Assembly (NCBI GenBank): GCA_010093605.1
Contig: MU004203.1
Span: 450,391-514,390, forward strand
DNA length: 64,000 nt
DNA from: Lophium mytilinum
Lineage: Eukaryota
Direction of reading: 5' to 3'
Of this stretch, positions 50,411-61,954 are shown one piece after another. The notes beneath the pieces are model-generated. The model was not told where the DNA came from and did not search any database. It saw only the letters and a program-made list of their open reading frames with translations. The stretch's first letter is position 1, and each line of letters opens with the position of its first letter. Position numbers and translations under genes: made by a program.

Positions 50411-53080
50411 TCAACCGCTCCCAGTGTACACACCCGATCCCGGCGTCCCTGGCACGCCCGCCCCGGGTTCGTCATCTCCATCGCCCCCTGGTGGCTTGAG
50501 ACTTGGTAATGTGATCTCCGGCAGCTTGATAGGAGTGCCAGGCAACGTTGTCAGTCGAAGCGGGAGCTTCTCCCCTTTGACCACCTTCTGTATCTCGTCT
50601 TTGTCGAGCGTCTCGTACTCCACTAGCGCCTTTGCTAGCAGATCTAGCTCGCTACGCTTCGCGATGAGTAAATTCTTCGCCCTCACCTTCGCTTCCTCAA
50701 TCAACCGACGGACTTCGCTCTCAATGAGCCGTTTAGTTTCGCCCGAGAGCCGCGAAAAGTCCGAGTTAAAGTCGACGTTGCCCAACTTGTCAGACATGCC
50801 CATCTGGGTGACCATGACGTATGCAACATGTGTCGCGTTTTGAATGTCCCCTGATGCTCCGCCGGAAACGTCGTCTTCGCCGTAAATTAGCTCTTCGGCC
50901 GCTTTTCCGCCCATAGAGACATCGAGAGAGGCGAGGTACTGTCGCTTCGTTCTGCTGACTTCATCCATCTCTGGCAACATAAAGGTGATACCTAGTGCAT
51001 GTCCTCGAGGCATGATAGTGGCCTTGTATAAGGGATCCGCTCCTTTGGTATAAAGAGCGACCAATGTGTGCCCACCCTCATGGTAAGCGGTCGAGATCTT
51101 GTCTTTTTCTTGGATGACGGCGCTCTTCCTCTCGGCTCCCATCATGACCTTATCCTTGGCCCATTCAAGATCGATCATAGCGACCTTCTTCTTCTTTTCC
51201 TTTGAAGCGTGAACCGCGGCTTGATTTACGATATTCTCGAGCTCGGCTCCGGAGAATCCAGGGGTGCCTCGGGCAAGCAACGCAGCATCAACATCGGTGG
51301 CGAGCTGGACGTTCTTCATGTGATGTTTGAGAATCGCAACGCGGCCTCGCACATCAGGAAGCGGAACAATTACTTGGCGATCAAAACGGCCAGGTCGGGT
51401 CAAAGCTTTGTCGAGCATCTGAGGGAAGTTTGTCGCAGCAAGGAAGATGACTCCCGAATTTTGGTCGAAGCCGTCGAGGTCGGTAAGAAGTTGGTTGAGG
51501 GTCTGCTTAACGTATGCCGCATCACGTTCATTTCGCTTTCCGCCTATCGCATCCAGTTCATCAATGAAAACAATCGCAGGGGCCTTGGCACGGGCAGCAG
51601 TGAACAACTCTCGGACACGTTTAGCGCCAACACCGACGTAGACTTCGTCAAACTCGGAGCCGGACATGTAGAAGAAAGGTACGCCAGCTTCACCGGCAAC
51701 AGCTCGAGCAAGAAGGGTCTTTCCGGTACCGGGGGGACCAACAAGCAAAACGCCTTTCGGCAGTCTGCCACCAAGAGTAGAAAACTTCTCGGGGTTCTTC
51801 AAGAATTCGACGAGTTCCTGGAGTTCCTCTTTGGCCTCGTCGCACCCCTGGACATCGCTAAACCTTGTTGTCTGAAGTTCCGGCCTGGCTTCCGTGTTTT
51901 GCGTACCGCCAACCTTCTTTAGCATGCCGCTTGCTTCGATCATGAGGGTGATGACGATGAGCGAGATGTAGGTAATAAGTCCAAAGTAGAGAAGAAACTT
52001 GATCCACTTGAAAACGGTACTGCCAGTTGACTCTTCGACTACGACGTATAACGGGCTTATTTTGTCGCCAGAGCCGGAGCGCGCAACGGAGACATTACCA
52101 CCTCGAACGCGGGAACCGACGGCTTGACCAATTGCTTGCATTTGTTCTGCGCTGAGAGTGCTACCGTGGCCGTTGCTATCTTTTGCCGATTGCATGGCTT
52201 GTGCCTTCTCTGCTTGCCCAACGCGCTCTAGAGCTTTGATGTAAACTGCTTCGCTTGCCGGATTCGTTGCGAAACGCCCGGTCTGATATCGCTCTACTAA
52301 GATTTCAGGCATGTCGGCTCTAAGCAAGGCAGAGTACAAAGCATTCTGGGCGCTTGCGCTGGACGGGTTGTTGTTGGCCGTAGCTTCAAGATGAGCAAGA
52401 AGGTTTCTAGACGAGGAAGCACCGAAGGCCGTTCTCCGTTGTGCCAATGCCAAGCCGACATTTCCGGGTCGAGGTATAGGTCGAAGATTTGCGAATGTGG
52501 CGAATCGCGGCATGGTGGAGTATTGTCTGGTCATCATCCTGGGGGCGAGGATGCGAGCGAAGGGATTGCAGAAGCGCAAGGCGTTTTGCGGGACTGAGGA
52601 ATAATTAGCTTCTACACGGTCACACGTAGGTAGTAAGGAATGACCATACCTGCCAATAGCGTGCTTGAAATAGTAGGATGGCCATTCAGGAGTTCTGCAG
52701 GTGGGCTAAATTGCAGAGCCGATAATGAGACTCCGCGAAGCGATTCGGGGAGTTCCAACGTTGACTGAACCTGACTATATATCAGCTTGATTCCCGTATC
52801 CATCAAAAGCATTTCATACATGTAGTTCGGACTGCGCAGCGGTTTCCAGTGTCCTTTCGGAATGTATTTGTCGACTTGGTCTCGACAGAGCAGAGGAAGG
52901 AGCCTGGCGCGTAAGGGCTCGCCACGGTGTCTGGATGATGGCAGACATCGAGGGCCAGAGTTGGCTATTCGCAGATGCCATACTCTATGCGGTTTCATTA
53001 ACAATGAGACTTCTTGTAGTACATATAAACGCGAATGGCGGGATTCTCACCTGGAGGCTGGCGGGTGCTTGGAAAGCCAT
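50411..53080 (-). CDS. YME1: Mitochondrial i-AAA protease (FtsH family), multi-exon 5' end
   Basis: Walker A GPPGTGKT, Walker [20 protein letters not shown], zinc motif HEGGH and one TM. Short 5' exons start [10 protein letters not shown]; their boundaries are less certain. Confidence 0.94.
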
Positions 53081-54216
53081 GGTGATGTCGGGGATGGGTG
53101 GCGGACGGTGCGCCGCGCGAGCTATGTATAAGGCGCCAGTAAGAAGGAAACGAGTTCGTAGACGCAATAGAGCAAAGTAAAAGTGAGTGACGAGTATCCA
53201 CCGCACAGCGGACGCCGAGATGGAGCAATGTTGAAGATGAGTAGTGGTTCGCGCTGGCCTGACAGAAAGAAGTCAACGAATGTGAAGCCATCGGCCCGGG
53301 GCGACCGATCGTTCCGAGACGTCGGGACGTCACATGACCCTACTGAACCCTTCTTCGAAGTTCGACGTCCTCTCGATACACTCACTTACAAGCATCTAGA
53401 CGAATCGGAGATCAAGCCTATAACCATGGAATATAAACTAGATATTTCGGCCACTTCATACAGCCGTTTGTGTCAGGCTTAAGGCACCATTCAAACCTAT
53501 TTTCAAGCTTCCTACCCTACTTATGCACTTATGCATAGATCTCTGACCATTTCACGATGAAGGAGCGAGCTCTATCTCAACACCAATCATTGCACGTACT
53601 ACTACTAACACTAGTTCTAATTTCTGACACTAACCTCATGACAAGGGCATACTGCTTGACGACTTTCCACTCAGCACATTTTGGGAAGGCATAAATGAGA
53701 GTGCATTCAAAAACGGTTATATCTCGCAGACTATTGTCGACACCATTAGAACCCTGCCGGGCGACAAAAACGTTCTCCATAATTTAAGAAGATAAATCCT
53801 GCTGGCATCGCCTTCTATAGTGCTGACGTGAGTTACTGGCGGTGAGCCCAATCCCAGTCTCTCCTACTAGAAGACCAACTAGCCATCGCCGGAACCTGAT
53901 CAGCATAGAGCAAGCGTCTTTGCATAGGTCTAGATCTCGAAATCCTTCTTTCCTCTCTGATACCTTTCTCATCTTTCCAGTGCTGACGCCGTTTCTAACC
54001 CTGCAGTATCCACATTTCCTAAACAGTGCACTGCCCATTCAGAGCCCCCACAGCGCGAGCACTCGCATTTGTACGATTGCTGACTGACTTGCTGTGCAAT
54101 TCGTAAGCCTCAATATAAAACGTCCGCCCTTAAATTCATAGCTTCTCTACTCGAGTTCTCTATCATTATCAATTTCTCCACGCTATTTATTCTCTGCATT
54201 CCATAAGATTCCCATC

Positions 54217-55746
54217 ATGGCTCTCGCCTCTTCCCTCACTTCCGCACTTTCCCCCACGTGCACCGTCACCATCCCCAAAGGCGATGAAGACCTCCACAGT
54301 GTCATATCGCGCTGGTCTGACCTCGGCGTCAAACTCCCCTTCGCCGTCGTAGTGCCGTCCACAGAAGAGGATATCATGGCCGTCGTCAACTTCGCCTCCC
54401 AAAACTCCCTCCACGTGGTTCCCGGAGGTGGGGGCCATGGCAATTTCGTCCCCATCGACGATAAGACGATCTACCTCGACATGAAGAAATTCAACTCTGT
54501 GACTGTTAACAAGGAGGAAAGCTCTGTCGCAATAGGAGGCGGTGCTGTCGTAGGCGACGTTTTGAGAGCATGTGTGGCTGAGGGGTGTTATGCGCGTTCG
54601 TCTTCCCCCCCACCAACCGTTTCCCATAACATACTCAACAAGAATCTGAGTATTCACTCAGTGACCGGTAACTCCGACGCGGTAGGAATCGCAGGCTACT
54701 TCCTCGGTGGCGGTAACAGCTTCGTAACCGGCGTTCACGGTCTCGCTATCGATCACGTTCTTTCTATTCGCGTCGTAACAGCGTCCGGCTCAGCCATCAC
54801 CCTCACGCCCTCGTCCACAGGTGCCGAAGCATCCCTCTTCGCCGCCCTCCGCGGCGCCGGACATGGCCTAACAACCATCCTCTCCTTAACCCTCCGCACC
54901 TTCCCCATCGCCTCCCTCGCCCTTCCATCCAACAAGATCTGGAACCGCAAACTCATCCTCCCTGGCTCCGCCATCGCCCTCGCCGCCTCCCTGTACACCT
55001 CCCTCATTCCCCCACCGCCACCCTTCCTCCCAGTCCTAATCTTCGGCCGCGCGCCCCCCGGCACCCCCGCCGCCGGCGCCCCCGTCATCATCATCTCCGC
55101 AAACTACTACGGCCCCGCCGCCTCCGCCGAACTCGCCGCAGCACCGCTCTTGACCGCCGAGGCCGAGGCCGCCGCCATAGTCGCCGAGACAACGCTGCTG
55201 GACTTCGCTGACATGAACAAGTCGTCCGCGCCGATGAGCAGCCACGGGGGATTCAAGGAGACGTACAACACGATGCTACACGCCGTCACCCCAGCGTCTA
55301 TCGTCTCGGCGTTCTCGCAGTACGTCGCGTTTGGTGATGCCAACCCAGACGCGAAAGCGAGGTCGTATGCGGTGCTAGGCTCGTGGAGCACCGGTGCGCA
55401 ATTAGCCAATGCGGCGCTTCCGGGCAATAAGACGTATTTCGCGCACCGCGACCGTGGGGTCTTTTTCCAGATGACGCCGTGGTACACAGACGTTGTTACG
55501 CGGCCGGCCACGGAAGAGTTCGCCAGGGGGGTGGTAAGGACGCTGAGGGAGGCGGATGAGGAGAAGGGGTTCAAGGGGGTGATATTCGCGAATAATATGA
55601 TTTTCGGGCAGGAGATGGGGGAAGTGTATACGAAGGAGGGGTTGGAGGAGGTGAGGGCGGTGAAGCGCGAGTGGGACCCGAAGGGGGTTTTCTGGAGTCC
55701 GGTGGGTGATGAGAGATTTCGGGTGAGGAAGGGGTATCTAGGATAG
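54217..55746 (+). CDS. FAD-linked oxidoreductase (berberine-bridge/VAO-like), probable 66-nt intron
   Basis: VVVPSTEEDI, GGGGHG FAD-binding His, VGIAGYFLGGG, LFAALRGAG and KREWDPKGVF. Confidence 0.88.
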   Translation: MALASSLTSALSPTCTVTIPKGDEDLHSVISRWSDLGVKLPFAVVVPSTEEDIMAVVNFASQNSLHVVPGGGGHGNFVPIDDKTIYLDMKKFNSVTVNKEESSVAIGGGAVVGDVLRACVAEGCYARSSSPPPTVSHNILNKNLSIHSVTGNSDAVGIAGYFLGGGNSFVTGVHGLAIDHVLSIRVVTASGSAITLTPSSTGAEASLFAALRGAGHGLTTILSLTLRTFPIASLALPSNKIWNRKLILPGSAIALAASLYTSLIPPPPPFLPVLIFGRAPPGTPAAGAPVIIISANYYGPAASAELAAAPLLTAEAEAAAIVAETTLLDFADMNKSSAPMSSHGGFKETYNTMLHAVTPASIVSAFSQYVAFGDANPDAKARSYAVLGSWSTGAQLANAALPGNKTYFAHRDRGVFFQMTPWYTDVVTRPATEEFARGVVRTLREADEEKGFKGVIFANNMIFGQEMGEVYTKEGLEEVRAVKREWDPKGVFWSPVGDERFRVRKGYLG

Positions 55747-56129
55747 GGGTTTGAGGGCTGGGGAGGTGGAAATTGACGACGAATGGATGTTGGTATCGAT
55801 ACGTACGGATATGTGGCAACGAATGCAGCGAAGAAAATTGTGTTTGAAAGGTTATTGAGGATGGTACAAATCAATTCCCTACCTACACTCTGCCTTCAAG
55901 ACAGCGAACGAACTCGAAAGTGGCTTACAAACGCTCAAACCCTACAACCACGCTCCAGCATAGAAAAGTCCTGCTCCCAAGAGAAATCATCCAGGACCAG
56001 GTTTATGCTTACGGTAACCGAACATAGCAGTTCGCTCAAGTATCGGATGGTGTTCACTAAATGAAAAGAGAAGTGAGCCAAAGAAAAAGACTAAAATATT
56101 CATATTTCATGTTTCTCGTATTCGAGAAT

Positions 56130-57610
56130 TTACATTGCAGCCTGTTGGGCGTTGGCCGCGAGCCACATTGAGAAGGCTTGTGGGTTTCGAGTTTGCATGA
56201 AAACAGTACCAGGGCCTGTTTGGTGTCAGTTCGTTCAGGAGTAGGAAAAGTAAAAGGTGAAAGTATACGCACCTGTAAACTTGCAGACCAAGCCTTCGCC
56301 GGAGGACAGGCCGGAAACGATACCACCGCTGGCTACACGTTCTAGGACGTATTTGCAGTTCCAGGCAACGAGGTGACCGTTATCGATGATGTATTTCTCG
56401 TTTTCTTGGAGCTAAGAATAATCAGTTTCTTGATTACCACGAAGGAGGCGCTAAATTGGCTTACATCTTTCCGGATGATGGCACCAAAACTCGTCACCCA
56501 CATAATACCCTGCCCTGAGATCTTGTACACGAAAAGACCTTCACCGGAGAACATAGCTTTTCCAAAACCTTGGCTCTTGTACTCCTTGACCACACCCTGA
56601 GTCGCAGCGAGGAAGGCGTCCTTGCCCACAGACCACTGCTCGCGGCCGGAGAGTTGAATATTCGTGATATCTCCGATCGAGCTCGGAGCCAGAAGTAGCT
56701 CGCCAGGCCCGGTGTAAGTGGAAGTGCTCATTTCGCCGCCAACGAGTAGCTTTTTCATGCTGAACTTGATCTGGCCCTTAAGGGTGACGGTGGGAGACAT
56801 TGCAATCATGGCGCCTTGAAGATGATGTTATCAGTAGAGTTACTAACGGATTGAGAACGGAATCTCTTGCTGGGAGAGGAACATACCTGGCTTTGCTACG
56901 AGTGGACATCCCATCGCCAATTGTACCGTTAAAATAGTGTTTGTATCACGGTGGCTGATCCTATAGCTCCCGCCATTGAAAGTTCCCACGTCATCTGCGG
57001 TCGCACTGGCCGCTCCCACAAAATGTACTGCTGGTGGTGCACCACCCTGTAGCTGACCCGGAGAGTTCATGTTGACTGTCTGAGTCTGAGGCGGCTGGGG
57101 AGAAGGTGTTGGCGCAGCAGCTCCGTAGCCGGGCGTTGGTGGGGCGTTCCCCCCAGGAGGAGGCGCGTAGTGTTGCTGCTGTGGTAGCTGCTGACCTGGT
57201 GGTGGGAATGAAGCGCGATTATCGTATGACTGCTGGTGTTGCTGTTGTGATTGTTGCTGAGGTGGGGGAGGGTAGTTTTGCGCAGGTGGACTCGAGGTCG
57301 GGGGAGGAGCGTATTGGTGCTGCGATTGCGCGTTCGAAGGAGGAGGTGGATAAAACTGTCCTTGTCCTTGCTGTGGAGGAGGCGCGAAGTGCTGTTGCTG
57401 TCCGTGGTCTAGGGAATATTAGTCGTGGAGTTGAGGGATGAGACGGATACATCGGATTACCTGCTGGGGGAGCATATGCGCCGCTCTTCTCTGGAGGAGC
57501 TGCGTCTCTGTTAGCTTTCTACGGCCCCTTCTCTACGCGCCTTTCTACTCACGAGGATAGTAGTTGCCTTGTGGCGGAGGGCTTCCCTGGGGTGGGCCGC
57601 CGTACGACAT
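56130..57610 (-). CDS. AIM24/DUF124-family protein with Pro/Gln/Tyr-rich N-terminus, 6 exons
   Basis: MSYGGPPQ start; [68 protein letters not shown]. Confidence 0.87.
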
Positions 57611-58390
57611 GATGGATGATGATGGGTGCTTGGAGGCCTTGAATATAGATGAAAGTTGAGGCGCGTTGAGGTTTTCGAGAGCAGAGAGGAGAAAGTAGGA
57701 CGGCAAACAATATGAACAGAAGAACAGAAAGATTTTGGCGGAGGACCTAGTGCAGTGCTCAGCCTCAGTGGCCTCCGAATGAGCTGAAGGTGGGGTGGAA
57801 GAGGCAGGGATCTCTAAGCGCCCGTGGAAACGAGGACCCCGCAGATGGCTTGCAGAATGGTGCCAAGGACTCAAAGACGAGAATGGCAGATTGGCAAGGT
57901 TTGAATCAGATAGAAAGGGAGTTTGAATGGGAGATGCTATGCCTTCCGCATTATCTATCTCGAGCGCTACACCATCCACGCCAGCGCAGTCCTATGCAGG
58001 TCCAATAGCGCCAATGATGCTTCCCGCGCCTCGACCCCTGCAATATCTAAATACTGTATGGCTTGATAGAGTTTAGCCGCCTGCTATGGTGTTGCGAGAA
58101 GGCAACATATACATTGGTCGTTGCTTATTGGATGGCTAGGCGCTGACCATAAAGCTGGGTTCGTCTGTGAAATCCTTGTTGTAGGCCAGTCAGATCCGAG
58201 GCATGTAAATTAAGCAATTAATTCTCTCCAAAATGAAATAAGTTCCTTAACATTCTGCTTCCTCTAGTAGAACTTGAAGTACAGGCTCCACGAGCTCGTG
58301 GACTAATTACCGTCTATGTTGGATCCTTCGGCATGGATTGAAGTTGTGTTAGCATTATTGCATACACCCTCTTGCAACCTCCATCCATCA

Positions 58391-59815
58391 CTATCCATAA
58401 TGACTCCTCATTCGTCCCTCCATCACCTGATCCACAGCCCCCCTAACCCTCCCCGCCACCTCACCATCAAAAAACGCAACACCAAGCTCCTGACTCGTGA
58501 ACCAGCTCGCCCTATCCAGATTCCCACTTCCCAGCACCGTAACCAATGCATCCACAATCAGTAACTTCAGATGGCTCTGCTGCGGCTCAGCCGTCCCGTT
58601 TACCCCAACTCTCGGCTCAAAAAACTCGATCCTCAATGTTCCCGGAGCTGTCAAGCCCACCCTCGCCTCTTCATCTAGAGTAGATTCGGAAGAGAAAGGG
58701 AGAGCGCGGTGCCGTTTCGCGAGTTTACGGACGCAGCGCGTTGTGGTGGTGCCAGCTGTGACGAGCTGCTCTAGTATCATGAGGCGTGCGGAGGTGCGGA
58801 TGTGGACGGCAACACCGTGGCGAAGAGCGCGAAGGAGGGCAGTAAGGACGGGTGGCGAGGTTAGGTTCGGGGTTTGGATGTAGATGCTGGTGGTGGCGCG
58901 GGCGAGAAGCGTGAGGAGAAGGATATTGAGGGGGGTTGGGGGGGAGGTGGGCGGCGAGGAAGTGAAGGGGGCAAAGCGTGGATTGAGATGGTGCGGGGAG
59001 GGAAGGAAGAGGGTTTGGATGTCGTGAGAGGGGAGGAGGGTGTGTGTCTGGGCGGGGCCGGAGGATGACGTCGGCGTGGGTGAAGGAGTTTGAGGGGGCG
59101 AAAGACTGGTAAGTGAGGGATAAGGTGGTGATGGCGGCGGAGGCAAGGATCTATCAAAGTCATTCTGGGCCCAGAACTCAGACCAGAAGCGGACGAATTG
59201 CGATACCACAGGCCCAGAGAGCTCGATGCAGCCTTCAAACCAGGATTCCCAGCTCACGTTGCAGCTAGGCAGGAAGACCTTTTTGCGATCTACGATTATG
59301 AACTTGGGATGCATGACACTGAAGGGGAGAAGGAACACGCTTTTGATTTCGAGGTCGAGGCCTTTTAGCTCGCTTGGGGATGGGAGGCCGAATTTCTTGA
59401 CCCATGTTGAGGGCGGATAGGTTTGGCCCCTGACGGTGTGCGGCTGGAAGAGCTTTTGGAAGAGTGAGAGGGATGATAAACCGATGCGCACACGGAGCTT
59501 CCAGCCTCCGCGGGCCTCGGCCCTTACGGATAGAGCGCGGAGGGTATCCGAAAGTTGAGAGAGAGAGGATGACCGAGCCCAGAAGCAGGTGATGAAGATG
59601 ACTTCGGATTCAGCGGATTTGAGCGCGGGGAGAATGCTGCTGAATATGTCGTCGCCCGTGCCAGTAATGAATTTATGAACTGTTGATGATGTAGTGAGAG
59701 TACTGGGGTTCGAGGCGTAGTAATTTGGGACGTCATTCTTATTCTCTTCCTTGTGTAATAGCAGATCTTCCTGCCATTCTTCCGTGATGCTGGCAAATGT
59801 AATCGGGCCAGGCAT
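58391..59815 (-). CDS. Phospholipase D/nuclease superfamily protein with two HKD motifs
   Basis: HPKFIIVD...PSCN and HLKLLIVD...GSGNLD; also IYIQTPN; single exon of 474 aa. Confidence 0.87.
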   Translation of the reverse strand: MPGPITFASITEEWQEDLLLHKEENKNDVPNYYASNPSTLTTSSTVHKFITGTGDDIFSSILPALKSAESEVIFITCFWARSSSLSQLSDTLRALSVRAEARGGWKLRVRIGLSSLSLFQKLFQPHTVRGQTYPPSTWVKKFGLPSPSELKGLDLEIKSVFLLPFSVMHPKFIIVDRKKVFLPSCNVSWESWFEGCIELSGPVVSQFVRFWSEFWAQNDFDRSLPPPPSPPYPSLTSLSPPQTPSPTPTSSSGPAQTHTLLPSHDIQTLFLPSPHHLNPRFAPFTSSPPTSPPTPLNILLLTLLARATTSIYIQTPNLTSPPVLTALLRALRHGVAVHIRTSARLMILEQLVTAGTTTTRCVRKLAKRHRALPFSSESTLDEEARVGLTAPGTLRIEFFEPRVGVNGTAEPQQSHLKLLIVDALVTVLGSGNLDRASWFTSQELGVAFFDGEVAGRVRGAVDQVMEGRMRSHYG

Positions 59816-60307
59816 GGCTGCAAAGTCCAGCGCGTCACAACGTCGATTCTGTATATTGAATCAGCTTTATCCTAATGATGAAACAATTCGTTCTAAGGGC
59901 TTGAGTGATCTAGTAATAGATTTCAGACTGGCTATAGATCTTGAGAAGCAATGAGATGCACGTGGGATTACATGGAACTATTTCGCCATGAGAGTATACA
60001 GACGCAAATGACCGCCATACACAATCATCGAACGGAGTGAAGACCCTCGCTTGACAGTACTAAGGGGTACCACAAGGTGATAAGTGAGGTAGCAGTAGGT
60101 ATGTGAGGTAAGTGAAATATGAAACACCTACGTAGACTATTAAAAGCTCACCAGGCCTCAACTTCCAAAGCTTCAACAGTTTCGACAGCTTGCACAGAAC
60201 AGTACCCCCTTCAACGACACAACATACTCTCTGAATGCTAGGTCTACTCTTTAAGGCTAGACCGGCAGCCTATTCTCTTCGAACTTCGAAAGCTTGCGCT
60301 GCTCAGG

Positions 60308-61954
60308 ATGACCAGAAGCGTGAACACACGAGCTGGACACGGGAGAGTCCGAATCAGATACGACGATCAAGGAAGATGGCAGCAGCGTCACAGTGAACGG
60401 GAGCTGCTGATCCAGAAGCAAGGCAAGGAGAGACGAAGGGCTGAAGCTGAAGCCCAGGGGATCATTGGAGACTATGGGTTCGAGAGGTGGGTCGAAGAGC
60501 GAGCAAAGAAAAAACGGCAGAGAGAAAGAGAGAGACTCAAGAGACGGCACGACGAGAGGGTTGTGATGGAGTGCTTGGAAGGGCTCTCAATTAACGATGG
60601 AGGTCGTGAGCAGGAGGAAGTTCGTCCGAGGCGTGACAGACGTCAAACCGACTCGTACCGGCCAGCTCCTGACTCGTATCGTCCGACGTACGACGATACG
60701 GACTACTATAGCGCCCTTGTAGCAGATCTCGAACCGGGGCCCTCCAGAAAACTTCCCAGCCCACCACCACAGCTTCCCAAGCTCCAGCCCTCCTCCCACG
60801 ACCGCTCTGACGCCTTCATATCCACTGGCATTCCCGAATCTGGCGCCCTCCATTACATCCCGCCCCCCTCGATCCCCTACAACATGCCCATCGTTATAAG
60901 TGCACCTCTACCTCCGGCGGCCCTCCCCCGCCAGAATGCATACTCGGACTCAGAAGAAGACGGCTTCGACTCGGATGTCGACATGGACATTGACGCGGCA
61001 TATCCCTCCTCCAAGCGGCCCCGGTTAGGACGCAGTTCCATTGTCACGCCCGGCGAAACCATCACAGACGATCCCCAATGGATGCGCGGCCACGGCACCT
61101 ACATCCCCGCTCATACAACCGCCATCACATCCACAGTTGCTGGAACACTACACAAGACGAACAAGCTACTCTCCGTTACCCCATTGCGAGCTCGCTATAC
61201 CCCCGAGATCGGCGACCTGGTCGTCGGGCGCATCGTGCAGGTGCAGTCGAAGCGGTGGCAGGTCGACATCGCGGCGCCGCTACTCGCTGGGCTACCATTG
61301 AGCGCAATCAACCTCCCTGGCGGGATCCTGCGCAAGCGAGATGCTGCTGACGAGCTCAACATCCGGACATTCTTCACAGAGGGCGACCTACTCGTCGCGG
61401 AGGTGCAGAATCTCTTCCAAGACGGGGCCGCGGCGCTACACACGCGGAGTCTGAAGTACGGCAAGCTACGCAATGGATACTTCCTTTCCGTGTCGGGTGC
61501 TGGAGGATCTAAGGGAAAGGGCGGGGTTGCTAGGTCAAGACGGCAAGTCTTCACAATTACGACTTCACGCGGTGGTGGGGAGGTTGATGTGGTGCTGGGA
61601 GTTAATGGCTATGTGTGGATCGCGAAGCATGTGGAGCCGGAGGGGCACGGCAAGGATGTTGCTATCACTCGATTGGAAGAGACTATAAGCAAGGAGATCT
61701 ATTCGAGCCAGAATGAAGAGATTGGGGTGAATACTAGGCGGGAGATAGCGAGGGTGGCGGGGGTGATCAGGGCATTGGTGGAGCATGGAGCGAGCGTGGA
61801 TGAAGAGATGGTTGTTCGGGCCTATGAGGCAAGCCTCTCGGTAGATGCTGAGGACGCAATGGGGGGTGATGGTGGGGAGAAAAGCGAATTCTTAGGGGGA
61901 GAGAGGGGTAGGAGGGTAGTTGAGCAGGCTCTTGGAGGCGGCGTTGGGAGTTGA
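60308..61954 (+). CDS. RRP4: Exosome cap subunit Rrp4; conserved part starts near ATG 60884, with an in-frame upstream extension from 60308
   Basis: [49 protein letters not shown] and LGVNGYVWI. Confidence 0.93.
   Translation: MTRSVNTRAGHGRVRIRYDDQGRWQQRHSERELLIQKQGKERRRAEAEAQGIIGDYGFERWVEERAKKKRQRERERLKRRHDERVVMECLEGLSINDGGREQEEVRPRRDRRQTDSYRPAPDSYRPTYDDTDYYSALVADLEPGPSRKLPSPPPQLPKLQPSSHDRSDAFISTGIPESGALHYIPPPSIPYNMPIVISAPLPPAALPRQNAYSDSEEDGFDSDVDMDIDAAYPSSKRPRLGRSSIVTPGETITDDPQWMRGHGTYIPAHTTAITSTVAGTLHKTNKLLSVTPLRARYTPEIGDLVVGRIVQVQSKRWQVDIAAPLLAGLPLSAINLPGGILRKRDAADELNIRTFFTEGDLLVAEVQNLFQDGAAALHTRSLKYGKLRNGYFLSVSGAGGSKGKGGVARSRRQVFTITTSRGGGEVDVVLGVNGYVWIAKHVEPEGHGKDVAITRLEETISKEIYSSQNEEIGVNTRREIARVAGVIRALVEHGASVDEEMVVRAYEASLSVDAEDAMGGDGGEKSEFLGGERGRRVVEQALGGGVGS

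Noticed and set aside
45779..55746. Secondary-metabolite cluster (MFS transporter plus FAD oxidase)
   Set aside because: There is no PKS, NRPS, terpene synthase or Zn2Cys6 regulator, and YME1 lies between them.
19740..59815. Apparent mitochondrial/lipid gene cluster (EMI1, VPS13, MRF1, YME1, AIM24-like, PLD)
   Set aside because: The genes are spread over 40 kb among unrelated genes, and the AIM24-family protein lacks a presequence. Chance adjacency is sufficient.
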